Source: an uncultured Planctomycetota bacterium | Lineage (GTDB): Bacteria > Planctomycetota > Planctomycetia > Isosphaerales > Isosphaeraceae | Length of the DNA: 64,000 nt | Assembly (NCBI GenBank): GCA_963845755.1 | Contig: CAWJTV010000034.1 | Location: 192,001-256,000 of the forward strand | Direction of reading: 5' to 3' | Shown: positions 1 through 11,537 of the stretch, piece after piece | How positions within the stretch are numbered: the stretch's first letter is position 1 | Layout of the letters: each line of letters starts with the position of its first letter | The notes under the pieces: model-generated | The model's database searches: none | The model's input: only the letters and a program-made list of their open reading frames with translations | What the model was told of the DNA's origin: nothing | Position numbers and translations under genes: made by a program

Positions 1-373
1 TTCATCAAGAGCTCCTTATTCGAGGTTTTTCAAGGGTCCCTAACCCCGGTACCGGGGATGGTCCGGGAGTCCGAGCACTCGCAGCAGGCAGGTAATCGAA
101 TTTCCGATCATGCCAGATCAGGGACGGCGAACCAAGACCCGCCTCACCGATGATCGATCCCTCGCAGGAGGCGTTCCATCGCCCTTCGGGGCCCCTCCGG
201 CGGTGGAATTGCATCGTTGCCGGATGCAATCCTCGGAAAATGCGATCGCACCGTGGACCATCGACTCCGCCGGGATCGTATCGAGGATATCGGGCGGTGT
301 GAAAACCCGACGAGGACTCCCGGCCGGGGCCTGAGATCCGGAGATCAGGGCGACTGGTGCGAAAAGGAGCACG

Positions 374-1105
374 TTGATGAATTCCTCATGGCGGTGCGGC
401 GCGCGGCTTCCGATCCTTGCCCTTGTCCTGGCGCTGGCGGCCTGGACGATTCCCGGACCCTCCGCCTTCGCCCATGGTGGTGGCGGAGGTGGCGGCGGGC
501 ACGGTGGTGGCGGCGGACACGGCGGCGGCGGACACAGCGGCGGCGGACACAGCAGCGGAGGACACCACTCCGGAGGCACTCATTCCAGCACCTATCACCA
601 CGGTGGCTACCACAACGGCGGTTACGGATACTCCAATGGATTCTGGCCCGGTGGTTACCTCGGCTTCGGCGGTTACGGATACGGAGGCTATGGATACGGC
701 GGTTATGGATACGGAGGCTATGGATACGGATATGGATATCCATACTCCAATTATGGTTATGGCTATCCCAATTATTCGTACGTCAACCCCGCCTATGGAT
801 ACGCTGCGCAGGGAGCGGCCGTAGCGGTGCCGGCGCAGGGGCGTTTCCTGGGCATCGACGAGGTGGCGGTTCAGGATGGCGATACGCAAGGGATGCAGGT
901 GGTCCAGGTGTACCCGGGTTCTCCGGCGGAGCAGGCCGGCCTTCGCGCCGGCGACGTGATCCACGCGGCCAACGGCTACTCCATCCAGCAGCACGGCCAT
1001 TTGACCTGGGTCATCAACAACGCCGCACCCGACGGCGTACTTCAGTTGACCGTCCACTCCGCAAGCGACGGCGCCTACCACTCGATCACAGCTCGAGTTC
1101 CTTGA
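374..1105 (+). CDS. Secreted Gly/His- and Gly/Tyr-rich low-complexity protein with C-terminal PDZ domain
   Basis: RBS AAGGAG upstream; signal peptide ending ...PSAFA; GGGGH and GYGGY repeats; PDZ signature FLGI...VVQVYPGSPAEQAGLRAGDVIHAANG. Confidence 0.85.
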   Translation: MMNSSWRCGARLPILALVLALAAWTIPGPSAFAHGGGGGGGGHGGGGGHGGGGHSGGGHSSGGHHSGGTHSSTYHHGGYHNGGYGYSNGFWPGGYLGFGGYGYGGYGYGGYGYGGYGYGYGYPYSNYGYGYPNYSYVNPAYGYAAQGAAVAVPAQGRFLGIDEVAVQDGDTQGMQVVQVYPGSPAEQAGLRAGDVIHAANGYSIQQHGHLTWVINNAAPDGVLQLTVHSASDGAYHSITARVP

Positions 1106-1274
1106 AAGATCGGGCTCGCCCAGGGACACCCGACAGTGATCCTGGAAACTGAAGTCCCGGCATGTCTCCTGGAGCACGGTGTGGAAGTCCTCCCGATCGA
1201 GTGATACGCTAGCCCTCACCCGATCGGGATCGCTCCACTTGCTGCCCTCGGCAGAGACATGACGGAGTCCGCCA

Positions 1275-3626
1275 ATGCTGGGCCTTGTCCCGTTGTCGTT
1301 CGTGCTATTCGGGATTGGTGTCGCGTCTGAAAGAGAGGACAAATGCCTCACCGCGCCGCGGAACCCGGGATTTGAGGCGCAGTCGTTCCTCGAGGGATGG
1401 CAAGTGGTGACCTATGGGGCCGAGGCGAAGGTTGAGTCGGATGAGGAGGTCTTTCGGGAAGGGCGGCATTCCCTGAGGGTCTCGGCCGAGGCACCGACGG
1501 ACACGGCGCTGGGACAGGAGGTCGAAGTCCGGCCCGGAGGATGGTACCGGTTCCGCGGCTGGGTGCGCACCCGCGGTCTCGACCCGCTCGATGCGCCGGT
1601 CTGCGGGACGTATCAGGTCCAGACCGCGGGTAACCGTGTACCGATCGCGGCGGGCGCGAGTCATCGAGGCGATACCGACTGGACCGAGGTCGTCCTGGTC
1701 TTTCAGGCACCGGCCGACGGTCGCGTGCGGATCGCGCCGTTCCTCGTGGGCTTCGGCAAGGGACGCGGCACGGCCTGGTTCGACGGCCTGCAGCTCGAGG
1801 CGTTCGAGCCCGCGCGCACGCCGGCGGTCATCACTCGAGAACCGTTGCGCCCCGGCCGAATCGAGCCCGGCCAGTACGGCCAGTTCATCGAGTATCTCTG
1901 CGACCTGGTCCCGGGAATGTGGGCCGACAAGCTCTGCGACGGCAACTTCGAGGGCCTGAGCCCGTATACGTTGCTGCATTACCTCAAGGAGACCGATTTT
2001 CGACAGCACCCCTGGTATCCCTGCGGGGCGACCAATCGCGGCCGGTTCGAGCGCGATCCGTCGACGAAGATCGGCGGCACGGTCTCGTACCGGATCACCG
2101 CCGCGGAAGTCGTGCCGTGCACGCTCGGCATCGCGCAAGACGGGATCGCGGTTCAACAGGGACTCAGTTGCACATTTTCCTGCTACCTGAAGAAGACGGG
2201 GACGCCCGGCCCGGTGCGGGTCCGCTTGCATCGCGAGGGGACCGTCTACGCGACGGCCGATCTCGAGCCCACGGCCGAGTGGGTGAAGTACCGCGCCCGG
2301 CTCATCCCGACCGCTACCGATGCGCACGCGACGATCTCCATCGAGTTCCACGGGCCGGGGACGCTCTGGCTGGATAGCGCCAGCCTGATGCCCGAGGACG
2401 CGATCGGCGGCTGGCGGCGCGACGTGGTCGAGGCGGTCCGCGACATGAAGCCGGGCGTGATCCGGTTCGGCGGCAGCGCGGTCGACGTCGTCAACGCCGG
2501 CGATTTCGAGTGGCGCGACACGATCGGCGACCCCGATCGCCGCAAGCCCCTGCGCGCCTGGGGGGGATTGCAGCCTACCGGTCCCGGCCTGGAGGAAATC
2601 GTCCAGTTCTGCCGGCTCGTGGGGGCCGAACCGCTGATCTGCGTCCGAATCGTCGGCCGCACCGCCCAGGAAGCCGCCGATCAGGTCCAGTACTTCAACG
2701 GAGACGTCCAGACCCCGTTCGGTGCGCTCCGGGCCAAGTTTGGACATCCCGAACCGTATCACATCCGATACTGGCAGGTCGGCAACGAGCAGAGCGGGCC
2801 CGACTACGAGAAGCGGCTGCCCGAATTCTGCCGGGCGATGAAGCTGGCCGACCCGAAGATCGAGCTGCTCTCGTCCTATCCGAAGCCGGGCGTGCTCCGC
2901 GGAGCCAGGGACTGGCTCGACTACGTATCTCCGCACCATTACGACTGTGCCAATCTCGCGGGATGCGACGCCGACTTCGAATCGATTCGCCGGTTGCTGC
3001 ACGAGCTGGCGCCTGGGCGGACGATCCGGGTGGGAGTCACCGAGTGGAACACGACGGCCGGCGACGCCGGACCGCGTCGCGCGCGGCTCTGGACGCTGGA
3101 GAACGCCCTGGCCTGCTCCAGATATCAAAACCTACTCCATCGCCATTGCGACCTCGTACCGATCGCCAATCGGTCCAACATCGTCAACAGCTTCTGCTCG
3201 GGCTTCATCCAGACGGATAACCATCGACTCTACAAGACCCCGACCTACCATGCGCAGATGCTCTATGCGACGATGGCCGGCGATCGCCCGCTGAAGATCG
3301 ACTCGCCCCTGCCATCCATCTCGGTACCCGACCTCAGCGCCACGCTCTCGGCCGATGGGAAAGCCGTCATCCTGATGGCGGTGAATGACCGGCCCGAGGC
3401 GATCGCGCGTCCGCTGGACTTCTCCGCATTCGGGCACGATGGTCAGACGCTCGAGGTCTGGACTCTCGCCGACACGAAGCATGCCGGCGAGCCCGATGTC
3501 ACCAACAGCTTCGCCGATCCCGAACGCGTGGTCCCGACCCGCTCGACCTTCGCGGTCTCGTCGCCCCGGTTCGATTACGCGTTTCCGCCGCTCTCGCTGA
3601 CGGTGCTGAAGTGGGCGGTGCGATAA
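1275..3626 (+). CDS. GH51 alpha-L-arabinofuranosidase-like glycoside hydrolase with N-terminal carbohydrate-binding-like module(s)
   Basis: YGQFIEYL, VIRFGG, WRDTIG, YWQVGNE (acid/base Glu), VTEWN (nucleophile Glu) and C-terminal FPPLSLTVL, typical of GH51; N-terminal NPGFE..GW jelly-roll module; signal peptide. Confidence 0.8.
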   Translation: MLGLVPLSFVLFGIGVASEREDKCLTAPRNPGFEAQSFLEGWQVVTYGAEAKVESDEEVFREGRHSLRVSAEAPTDTALGQEVEVRPGGWYRFRGWVRTRGLDPLDAPVCGTYQVQTAGNRVPIAAGASHRGDTDWTEVVLVFQAPADGRVRIAPFLVGFGKGRGTAWFDGLQLEAFEPARTPAVITREPLRPGRIEPGQYGQFIEYLCDLVPGMWADKLCDGNFEGLSPYTLLHYLKETDFRQHPWYPCGATNRGRFERDPSTKIGGTVSYRITAAEVVPCTLGIAQDGIAVQQGLSCTFSCYLKKTGTPGPVRVRLHREGTVYATADLEPTAEWVKYRARLIPTATDAHATISIEFHGPGTLWLDSASLMPEDAIGGWRRDVVEAVRDMKPGVIRFGGSAVDVVNAGDFEWRDTIGDPDRRKPLRAWGGLQPTGPGLEEIVQFCRLVGAEPLICVRIVGRTAQEAADQVQYFNGDVQTPFGALRAKFGHPEPYHIRYWQVGNEQSGPDYEKRLPEFCRAMKLADPKIELLSSYPKPGVLRGARDWLDYVSPHHYDCANLAGCDADFESIRRLLHELAPGRTIRVGVTEWNTTAGDAGPRRARLWTLENALACSRYQNLLHRHCDLVPIANRSNIVNSFCSGFIQTDNHRLYKTPTYHAQMLYATMAGDRPLKIDSPLPSISVPDLSATLSADGKAVILMAVNDRPEAIARPLDFSAFGHDGQTLEVWTLADTKHAGEPDVTNSFADPERVVPTRSTFAVSSPRFDYAFPPLSLTVLKWAVR

Positions 3627-3774
3627 AGCATTGAATCATGCAGGGATGGCGTCTCACGCCGGGATTCCCTCGAATTCCCGAGCGACGACCGGGAAGAACT
3701 CTGCGCAGGGAGTCCCTATTGAATTGAGCCGGCACGGATGCGAATCATTTCTTCGGCATGGAGGAGGGACTCCC

Positions 3775-6006
3775 ATGAACCTGTCGTGGAGCGTTCTGGC
3801 CCTGGCCCTGATGGGCGCACAGGACCAGCAGCCCAGTCAGCCCAGGCCCCCAAGCCCTTCATTCGCGGTCAGGATCGACTGTTGCGGTCCCGAGTTGATC
3901 AAGAGCGAGTCGTGTCGCAAGGCGTCCATGGCGATCGTCTGCCAGGCTTGCGCCGTTGTGAAGGCGGATTGTCGCAAGCCCGGCGTTCTGGCGAAGGTGG
4001 CGGATCTGTGTCGCCGAGCGACTCGTGACCTATCTGCTCGATGAGGCGAAGGACGCCGCGTGCGCCAGGATCGCGGAAGCCACCGGCTGCGATGCGAAAA
4101 CCCCTCCGGGCATCCCACTCGAAGACAAGACCGCAGTGCCCGCGAAGATCCTCTCCTCGACGCTGGAGGTGCAGCTCCCCAAAGTCAAGAGGCCACGGAC
4201 GACCAGCGAACCGGAAGCCCCGGAATCCTGGCCATTGACGCTTGACGCGGCGATCCGCATCGCGCTGGACAATAACGAGGTCGTGCGCGTCATCGCCTTC
4301 GGTGCTCAGGGCATTCCCATCGGCGGATTCGAACCGACCCCGAGAAGCCCGAGACCCCCACGAAGCTGTCCGATGCAAAACCTGCTCCGATCGTGATCGC
4401 CCGGCTCAACGCGGATGCCCCCGTCTGGCGGTTCAAGGCCGAGATCATGGCGGAGGTTCGCTCGGTCGAGCAACAGTACTGGAACCTGGCCCAGGCGCAC
4501 GTCCAGCTCTGGGCCGCCGATCGGGCGGTCAGCCTGGGCCAGGAGATTCTCGATCGCGAGCAGGCGGAATACCAGGTCGGGCGCGGCACAGTCGCCGATG
4601 TCGCCGAGGCCGCCCAGCGGCTCGAGCAATTCAAGCTCGACCTGGTGACCCGCACTTCGGACGTGATCACGACCGAACGCCAGTTGCGGAACCTCCTCGG
4701 CCTACCTCCGGCCGACAATCGCCGGATCATCCCGGTCACGCCCCCGGCGGAAGAACGCGTGGAGTTTGACTGGGATACCTGCCTGAGCGAGATGATGGAC
4801 GAGCAGCCGGACATCGAAGAGCAACAACTTCTGGTTCGGGTCGCGGAGCTACGGCTCCTGCTCGCCCGCAACCAATTACTGCCGGAACAGAGCCTGAGGA
4901 CCCTCGACCAGATCAACGGTCTGGGCCAGCAGTTGGACTCGCTTTCTGCCGTCATGCTCAGCAGGACACTTAAGATGCTCGAACCGTTGGCTCGCACGCC
5001 CGCAAAGGTCACATGCACAGACGCGAATTCCGACGATGACAAGGGTTTCCTGAGCTGGCAGACCGGATTAGTTTTCCAGATGCCTCTGGCAACGCGCTCT
5101 CCACTGGCGAACTCTCGCCAGGCCCAATACATCCTCCTGCGCTCCCGAGCCTATCTCCAGCAAGTCGTCCACCAGACGACTCACTCGCTCGCTCGATTCT
5201 TCCTCATGGTCAACGCCAACTACAAGCAGTACAAGACGGCGTCCCGGCTCCGCCAGGCCGCCGCCCAGCGGCTCGATGCCCAGCGCGCGTATTACGAAGA
5301 AGGCCGGGTCACGATCGATCGCTTCCTCGACGCCGTCAGCCAGTACGCCACGGCCGTCGCCACCGAGGCCCAGTACAAGTCGACCTACAACATCGGCCTG
5401 GCCGCCCTGGCCGAGGCCAAGGGGACGCTGCTGACCGACCGGGGGATCGCGATCGCCGAGGGACCTCATCCGCGAAAAGCGTATGTTCGGGCGGTAGAGA
5501 TCCGACCATCCAAACCCATGGCGGCCGATGCGTCGGAGAAGGCCGCGATGCCGGCACCACCTCCGAGTCCCACGCCGCCGCGATGGGCCGAGGTCACCCA
5601 GGTCACCCGCCGCGCCGGCAAGCGGGACCTTCGGGCGATGACCGCCTCATTCGATCCGGAACGGTTCTCGAAGGACGAAGTGCCCCGGATCATCTCCCTC
5701 AACGACATTCCCCCGGCGCCTCGGTGCGTGGCGATGCCCGAGCTCGCGGCCATCCTCTGGCCCACCGCTCCGTGCGGCGTAACGGGGACCGCAAGCACCG
5801 AGCTGACTTCGAAGGATCAGGCCGCCCGCGCGATCGGTCCCCGCGTCGCCAAGATCGACACGGCCTGCACAACCGCCAAGGCTGAGAAACTCGCCAAGCC
5901 CCAGACCTGGACGTTCTCCATCTCGATCGGAGGCGCCAACCCGTTGCAGATCAAGGGAACCATCACGCGGACGGAGACCGACGATCCATCCCCCGCAAGA
6001 CCTTGA
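3775..6006 (+). CDS. TolC-family outer membrane protein, split into three frames (3775-4044, 4025-4396, 4393-6006)
   Basis: RBS GGAGGAG and signal peptide at 3775; LTLDAAIRIALDNN, VRSVEQQYWNL, GRGTVADVAEA and YEEGRVTIDRFLDA match outer-membrane efflux repeats. Joining the frames is my inference. Confidence 0.7.
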
Positions 6007-6020
6007 GCCGGCCACAGCGC

Positions 6021-6052
6021 CCGGAGGGTGGGGCCGTCAACCCACCCCCCGG
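6021..6052 (+). terminator. GC-rich hairpin just after the TolC-like gene
   Basis: CCGGAGGGTGGG...CCCACCCCCCGG imperfect inverted repeat about 15 bp after the stop; no U-tract. Confidence 0.3.
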
Positions 6053-6533
6053 ACCTGGATCTCCTTGTGCAAGGCGCATCAATTCGATCTCCTGCGCGCG
6101 TCCATCTTGAATCTTTCCGCGAGCGTTGTGTATCGTAAGGTATCGGTGAGAACTCAAAGCCGTGGTAGACGGTGGTGCTGAGTGGTCTCCCTGTTCCCAT
6201 GGCGAGAGAACGACCTCTCCACTCTGCCGTCACCCTCAGTCTCAGCCAACAACCGGGGCAACTCCCCGGACTGACCGTCGATCATCATCCGGTCGTTTTG
6301 TTCCATGAGCTCCCAGAGCTCCAGTCCGCACACATCATGGTTCTCATGAAGGTGTGTCCTCATCCACTCAACTCTCCGGCGTGGATCTTCAAGTAGAAAT
6401 CCGGATCCGGCTCGGCATCGAGTATAATATCTCCAACTGAGCCTAACTCAACCGATGCTCCCCTTTGCTTGACATGTCCCCCGAGATCGCATCGCACCGA
6501 AACCGACAGCGAATCCAACATGTGAGACCATCC

Positions 6534-6905
6534 ATGAGCTGGAATCTGCATCTGGGACGCAGCGCGACCCTGGAAAAGAGTCCCACCCGGTCGGACGGCG
6601 TCCGACTTCGCTCCTTGATCGACCAGGCGACCAGGGACAGTCTTGACGAGAGCGACGAACATGCCGGCTTGCTGAGCGTGATCCGCGAGGAAGTCGTTTG
6701 CCCCTTCCCCGCGCGGATCGCCGGCGAAGAGGTCGAATGCGTTCGTCTCGAGTGGCCGAAGAACGGCTACGGCCTCAACGCCGTGTGCAAGGCCAAGGAC
6801 AAGACGCGGGTCGTCAACATCAGCATGCTGGAGTGGGTCGAGCCCCGGCCCCATGGCCACGAATGGATCGAAGCCTTCTTCGCCTGGCGCGATCTGCTGA
6901 ACTGA
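6534..6905 (+). CDS. Small conserved protein, CcbP-like (calcium-binding protein family-like)
   Basis: LIDQAT.D..DE.DEH.GLL..I.EEV.CPF.A.I.GEEV ... EWIEAF.AW pattern recalls this family; start uncertain. Confidence 0.5.
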   Translation: MSWNLHLGRSATLEKSPTRSDGVRLRSLIDQATRDSLDESDEHAGLLSVIREEVVCPFPARIAGEEVECVRLEWPKNGYGLNAVCKAKDKTRVVNISMLEWVEPRPHGHEWIEAFFAWRDLLN

Positions 6906-7100
6906 TTGCAACCAGGGAATCATCTCACGGTCATTCCCCCGACCGACTCGGTCGCCACCTCCGCCCTCCCGACCGATCCCGAAGCCCTGTATCTACCCCC
7001 GAGCGGCCGGTACAATTCCTACCGGGTCGATCGGGGTAGGTGCATGGTGTCTTGACTCCTGATCCATGAGTTGACCAGCGTGCTGGTCGAAGGGGGCCAC

Positions 7101-7523
7101 ATGGCGAAACAACCCAAACTTCCCAAGCGGCTTTTCAAGGACAAGGACGTCGTCCATGTCTACCAGCACGATCGTGAGTCCAAGATGAGCATGAAGCAAA
7201 TGTCGCGCGATCATCTGGATGTCTTGCAGAACATTGAATTCGCCCTGGTCACCTTGGCCCGCGAGGATCGGAGTATTGACGATCGCATGGTTGATGCGGC
7301 CCTTCGGGAGGAGATGCAGCGGGGCGGCGCGGGCGAGGACACGAGTCCACAAGTCGAGATGTTGTGCGAGCTGTTGCAGACGATACGGTCGACTCGAGAA
7401 GACGTCTCGGACGAGCTTTGGCGGGCCGGCTTACGCACGGTACGAGACTCGGTCCGCAGGCACTCGCACCTCCACCCGGGAGAGAAGGCTTATCTTCAGT
7501 TCGTGTCGCAATATGTCCGATAG
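7101..7523 (+). CDS. Hypothetical protein
   Basis: Purine-rich RBS and ATG at 7101; normal globular composition (DVLQNIEFALV...SVRRHS...YLQFVSQYVR). Confidence 0.65.
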   Translation: MAKQPKLPKRLFKDKDVVHVYQHDRESKMSMKQMSRDHLDVLQNIEFALVTLAREDRSIDDRMVDAALREEMQRGGAGEDTSPQVEMLCELLQTIRSTREDVSDELWRAGLRTVRDSVRRHSHLHPGEKAYLQFVSQYVR

Positions 7524-7675
7524 GCTTTCGATCCGCGGCGGCGGCGAGATCGTTGCGTCACGCGATTTCTCACCGTATGATGGACCCTTGTTAAACATTC
7601 GGATCCGGCAGTCCGTTCGAGGGAATCCGGTCTGACGGAACGGCCACGTTTCCCGAGGGATCGAGGGCCCAGGTA

Positions 7676-10249
7676 ATGAGGCTCTGGCAACGGTCGCACG
7701 CGAAGCCGCTCGGCTCCGGCCCCGTGATCGGGGTGCTGCTGGGAATCGCGATCCTCGGACATCCGGCCGAATCTCCGGGTGGCGAGCCCACCGGCGAGGT
7801 GAGGGCCGCTCGCGAGCGATTCTTCGAGCAGAGCGTCCGGCCGCTCCTGGCCGAGAACTGCTATTCGTGCCATGGCGCGAAGAAGCAAAAGGGGGGCTTG
7901 CGGCTCGACTCGCTCGAGGCGATCCTGAAGGGCGGCGAATCGGGACCGGCCGTCGTGCCTGGGAAACCCGCGGAGAGCCTGGTTGTCGAGGCGATCAACT
8001 ACGATGGCCTCGAAATGCCCCCGACCGGCAAGCTGGCCCCGGAAAAGGCCGCCGCACTCGCGCGATGGGTCTCGATGGGCGCCCCCTGGCCGGCCCGCGA
8101 TCGCGCCGCGGCCCACGCCACGACGGTCGCCGGCGCGAATCCGGCGGGTGCTTCCTTCCGCGACGGCCCTCCCTTGTGGTCGTTCCAGCCGCTCCGCCGC
8201 CCCCCGGTCCCCGAGCCGTCGGCGAATGAGCGCGCCACGTGGTCCGACTGGTCCAGCAATCCCATCGACCGGTTCATCCTCCACGGCCTGCGCGACCACG
8301 GCCTGACGCCCGCCCCCGAGGCCGACAAGGCGACCCTGATCCGCCGCGTGGCCTTCGACCTGACCGGACTCCCCCCCTCCCCCGACCAAGTCGACGCATT
8401 CCTGGCCGATGACCGGCCGGATGCCTACGAGCGGCTCGTCAACCGCTGGCTTGCCTCACCCCGATACGGCCAGCGCTGGGCGCGCCACTGGCTCGACCTC
8501 GTCCGCTACGCCGAATCCGACGGATATCGCCAGGACGCCTATCGTCCCGGCGCCTGGCGTTATCGCGACTACGTGGTCCACGCGTTCAACACCGATAAAC
8601 CCTACGACCGATTCCTGACCGAGCAGCTCGCGGGCGACGAGCTCGATCCCGAGGACCCCGAGCTGCGAATTGCGACCGGATATCTCCGGCTGGGCACCTA
8701 CGAGTACAACCAGCGAGACGTGCGCGGGCAATGGGCCGACATCCTCAACGACATCACCGACGTCACCGGCGAGGTGTTCCTCGGGCTGGGCATCGGCTGC
8801 GCCCGATGCCACGACCACAAGTTCGACCCGATCCTCCAGGCCGACTATTACCGGCTCCAGGCGTTCTTCACGCCGATCATGCCGCGGGATGACCTGACGT
8901 CGGCTACGCGGTCAGAGTGTCTCGAGTCCCAGTCGAAGCGCGCCACCTGGGAGAAAGCCGCGGCCGGCATCCTTCGCCAGTTGGATGCGATCGCCCGGCC
9001 GTATCGCGATAAGGGGACCGCTTCCGCGACCGCCAAGTTCCAGGACGAGATCAAGGCCCTGCTCGCCAGGCCCGACGCGGATCGAACTCCGCTGGAGCGC
9101 CAGATCGGCGCCCTGGCCTATCGCCAGATAGCCTATGAACACGAGCAGGTCCCGGCGGTTCTCAAGGGTGCGGACAAGGCGCGCTGGGCCGAGTTGCAGA
9201 AGCAGCTCCGGCGGTTCGATGCCCTGAAGCCGATCGAGGCCGGCCCGGTACTCGCGGCGACGGATGTCGGGCCGATCGCGCCGCCGACGATGATCCCCGG
9301 CGAGCGGAAGTCGGAGCCGATCGCGCCGGGGTTCTTGTCGGCCCTCGATCCCGCACCGGCCCGGATCGAGCCATCCCCCGCGGCGCCTCGATCGACCGGC
9401 CGCCGGCTGGCGCTGGCGCGTTGGCTGAGCCGGCCCGACAACCCGCTCTCGACCCGGGTCATCGTCAACCGGATCTGGCAATATCACTTCGGCCGGGGCC
9501 TGGTCGCCACCTCGGGCGACTTCGGCCGCGTCGGTGAGCTTCCCACTCATCCCGAGTTGCTCGACTGGCTGGCGCGCGAGTTCACCGCGCACGGTTGGCG
9601 CTGGAAGCCGATCCATCGGCTGATCCTGACCTCGGCCGCTTACCAGCAGTCCGCGCGCCGGCCTCGATCCGAAGTGGCCGACTCCGCCCGGATCGACCCG
9701 GAAAACCGGCTGCTGTGGAAGCAAGGAGTCCGTCGACTCGATGCGGAGGAGATCCGAGATGCGATGCTGGCCGTCAGCGGCGAGCTCGACCCAACAATCG
9801 GCGGCCCCAGCGCCGAGGCATCGCGCTCGCGGCGCACCATCGAGACCCGACTGATCCGCAACACGCACGACCCGCTGCTCGACGCCTTCGACGCCCCCGA
9901 CGGCACCAGCACCACCTCCCGCCGCGACACCACCACGACCAGCACCCAGGCCCTGCTCCTCATCAACGGCGGCTGGACGCTCGCCCGAGCCCGGGCGCTC
10001 GCCGGTCGGATCGAGCAGCACGAGCCCGACTCCTCGGACAACTCCGGTCGCATCGTCGTGGCGTACCGCCTGACTCTCGGCCGCATACCCGACCCCGAGG
10101 AGATGGGCGAGGCCATCGCCTTTCTCGATCGCCAGGCACGGCGGGCCCAGCCACATGCGCCGCACAGCAGGCCCTCGGCCGGCCACGCGGCCCTGGTCGA
10201 CTTCTGCCACGTGCTGCTCAATTCCAGCGAATTCCTCTACGTGGATTGA
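7676..10249 (+). CDS. Planctomycete cytochrome c / DUF1549 / DUF1553 (PSD1) protein
   Basis: CYSCH and [12 protein letters not shown] heme motifs; [68 protein letters not shown]. Confidence 0.95.
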   Translation: MRLWQRSHAKPLGSGPVIGVLLGIAILGHPAESPGGEPTGEVRAARERFFEQSVRPLLAENCYSCHGAKKQKGGLRLDSLEAILKGGESGPAVVPGKPAESLVVEAINYDGLEMPPTGKLAPEKAAALARWVSMGAPWPARDRAAAHATTVAGANPAGASFRDGPPLWSFQPLRRPPVPEPSANERATWSDWSSNPIDRFILHGLRDHGLTPAPEADKATLIRRVAFDLTGLPPSPDQVDAFLADDRPDAYERLVNRWLASPRYGQRWARHWLDLVRYAESDGYRQDAYRPGAWRYRDYVVHAFNTDKPYDRFLTEQLAGDELDPEDPELRIATGYLRLGTYEYNQRDVRGQWADILNDITDVTGEVFLGLGIGCARCHDHKFDPILQADYYRLQAFFTPIMPRDDLTSATRSECLESQSKRATWEKAAAGILRQLDAIARPYRDKGTASATAKFQDEIKALLARPDADRTPLERQIGALAYRQIAYEHEQVPAVLKGADKARWAELQKQLRRFDALKPIEAGPVLAATDVGPIAPPTMIPGERKSEPIAPGFLSALDPAPARIEPSPAAPRSTGRRLALARWLSRPDNPLSTRVIVNRIWQYHFGRGLVATSGDFGRVGELPTHPELLDWLAREFTAHGWRWKPIHRLILTSAAYQQSARRPRSEVADSARIDPENRLLWKQGVRRLDAEEIRDAMLAVSGELDPTIGGPSAEASRSRRTIETRLIRNTHDPLLDAFDAPDGTSTTSRRDTTTTSTQALLLINGGWTLARARALAGRIEQHEPDSSDNSGRIVVAYRLTLGRIPDPEEMGEAIAFLDRQARRAQPHAPHSRPSAGHAALVDFCHVLLNSSEFLYVD

Positions 10250-10270
10250 GGAATGGGCCGGAAACCAGCT

Positions 10271-10465
10271 ATAGAGCGCGTAACGCTTGCGTTGCGCACA
10301 CCCAGGGTTCAACGCGATAGTACCCCCCTGTATCCCTCTTGGTCAGGGGGGAAAAAGACCTACGGAGCGGGCCATTTCCTTTCCCCCCCTTTGCGAAGGG
10401 GGAGTTCGGGGGGGTGAATTCGCAGCGCCTCAGGGCGTGCGCAATGCAAAAGCTAAGCGCTCCAG
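10271..10465. mobile_element. ~195 bp MITE-like element with long imperfect terminal inverted repeats and internal CCCCCCTT...AAGGGGG palindromes
   Basis: Left arm TAGAGCGCGTAACGCTTGCGTTGCGCACACCCAGGG...ACCCCCC mirrors right arm GGGGGTGAATTCGC...GCGTGCGCAATGCAAAAGCTAAGCGCTCCAG; related sequence at 19865. Confidence 0.6.
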
Positions 10466-10575
10466 GGAATCGTACCCGGCCATTCGAGGGCTCGGGAAAG
10501 GACTGATGGAATAGCCTCTGGGGACCGACGCCTGCTGCTTGTCGGGCGGGTGAACCCGTTCGGTTCCCTCGCACG

Positions 10576-11537
10576 TTATTCGGCCTCGATCAGGAGGGAA
10601 CCGAAAAATCGGAGCATCTCACGACGACGGTGCAACGGCTGATCGGGGCCGATCACCGGGTCGTCCCTCCCAAGATGACCCGAGACCTGATAGGCGGAGT
10701 CGGGCTGGCTTCCAAACCGGTCGAACGTGAACGAGACCTCTGCGGCCGGGCGTCCTTTGCGGAGGCGCGACAGGACGATTCGTCGGACGATCTTGGTCCG
10801 CTCGTCGATCTCGACGGTCACCGATCGCAGCCGCGGACGCGGACGTCCGGCCCTGGGCGTGCCCCGGATGCGGGTCACACCCGCGGTGGCAACGGGTCCG
10901 TCGTGGAGCGTCCTCACGTCGAACTCGGTCGTCAACAGGTGGAGGACGGCATCGATGTCGAAGCTGAACAGGTCAAGGGTCTCATCGAGCAATTCGGGCA
11001 CATCCTCGGGGCGAAATCGAGGCCGAACTCGGTCGCGGATGCGACCCAGACGTGACGTCGCTCGTCACGTCCGCAGGCCCAGACCTCGCCCGACCGCCGT
11101 CCTTCGATCCAGAACCGATCCGACCGCGCCCACAGACGGCACTCGACCGTGGCGAGCGCCGCGAGCACGGGGGCCCGCTCCGCAATGCCCGGCGCCAGGT
11201 CGATATGGACCCGATAGGTTCGATCGCCCCGAGCCTGGTCCAGGACCTGCCGTGCTTCACTGACCAACCTGATGGTATCCGCATGCGCAAGGTCTTGCCG
11301 GACCGTCCAGATCAGGCCGATGATCAAGGCCCCAACAGCCACGCCGGCCGCACACCGCGACGCCGTACGGACGGCGCGGGACGAGACGGCATGCGACCCG
11401 CCCCTCGTCCTCGCGGATCGCCTCGACCGCACGCCGGCCAGGATCTGCCGGGCGTCCACGGTGCATTCCTCAACGCGGAGGTAGTCGCGGACCAGCGCCT
11501 CCACATCATCATTGCGACGCGGCAATTCCGGGTTCAT
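10576..11537 (-). CDS. Putative single-TM anti-sigma factor with extracytoplasmic LolA-like beta domain (frameshift near 11000)
   Basis: Start overlaps the ECF stop; short N-terminal domain, TM AAGVAVGALIIGLIWTV, then a beta-rich domain continuing in ORF 10576-11001 (SVTVEIDERTKIVRRIVL). Confidence 0.55.

Noticed and set aside
1..20. Minus-strand ATG at 3-5 with AAGGAG upstream
   Set aside because: Probably the start of a gene leaving the window, but only 5 bases are visible.
1305..3128. Long antisense and alternate-frame ORFs (also 8912-10312, 13011-14345, 16124-18031, 30671-31609, 43068-44288, 58865-59911)
   Set aside because: Shadows of real genes caused by high-GC codon bias; no recognisable motifs.
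6154..6363. 69-aa minus-strand ORF MRTHLHENHDV...
   Set aside because: No recognisable motif or clear RBS; may be a gene remnant but cannot be supported.
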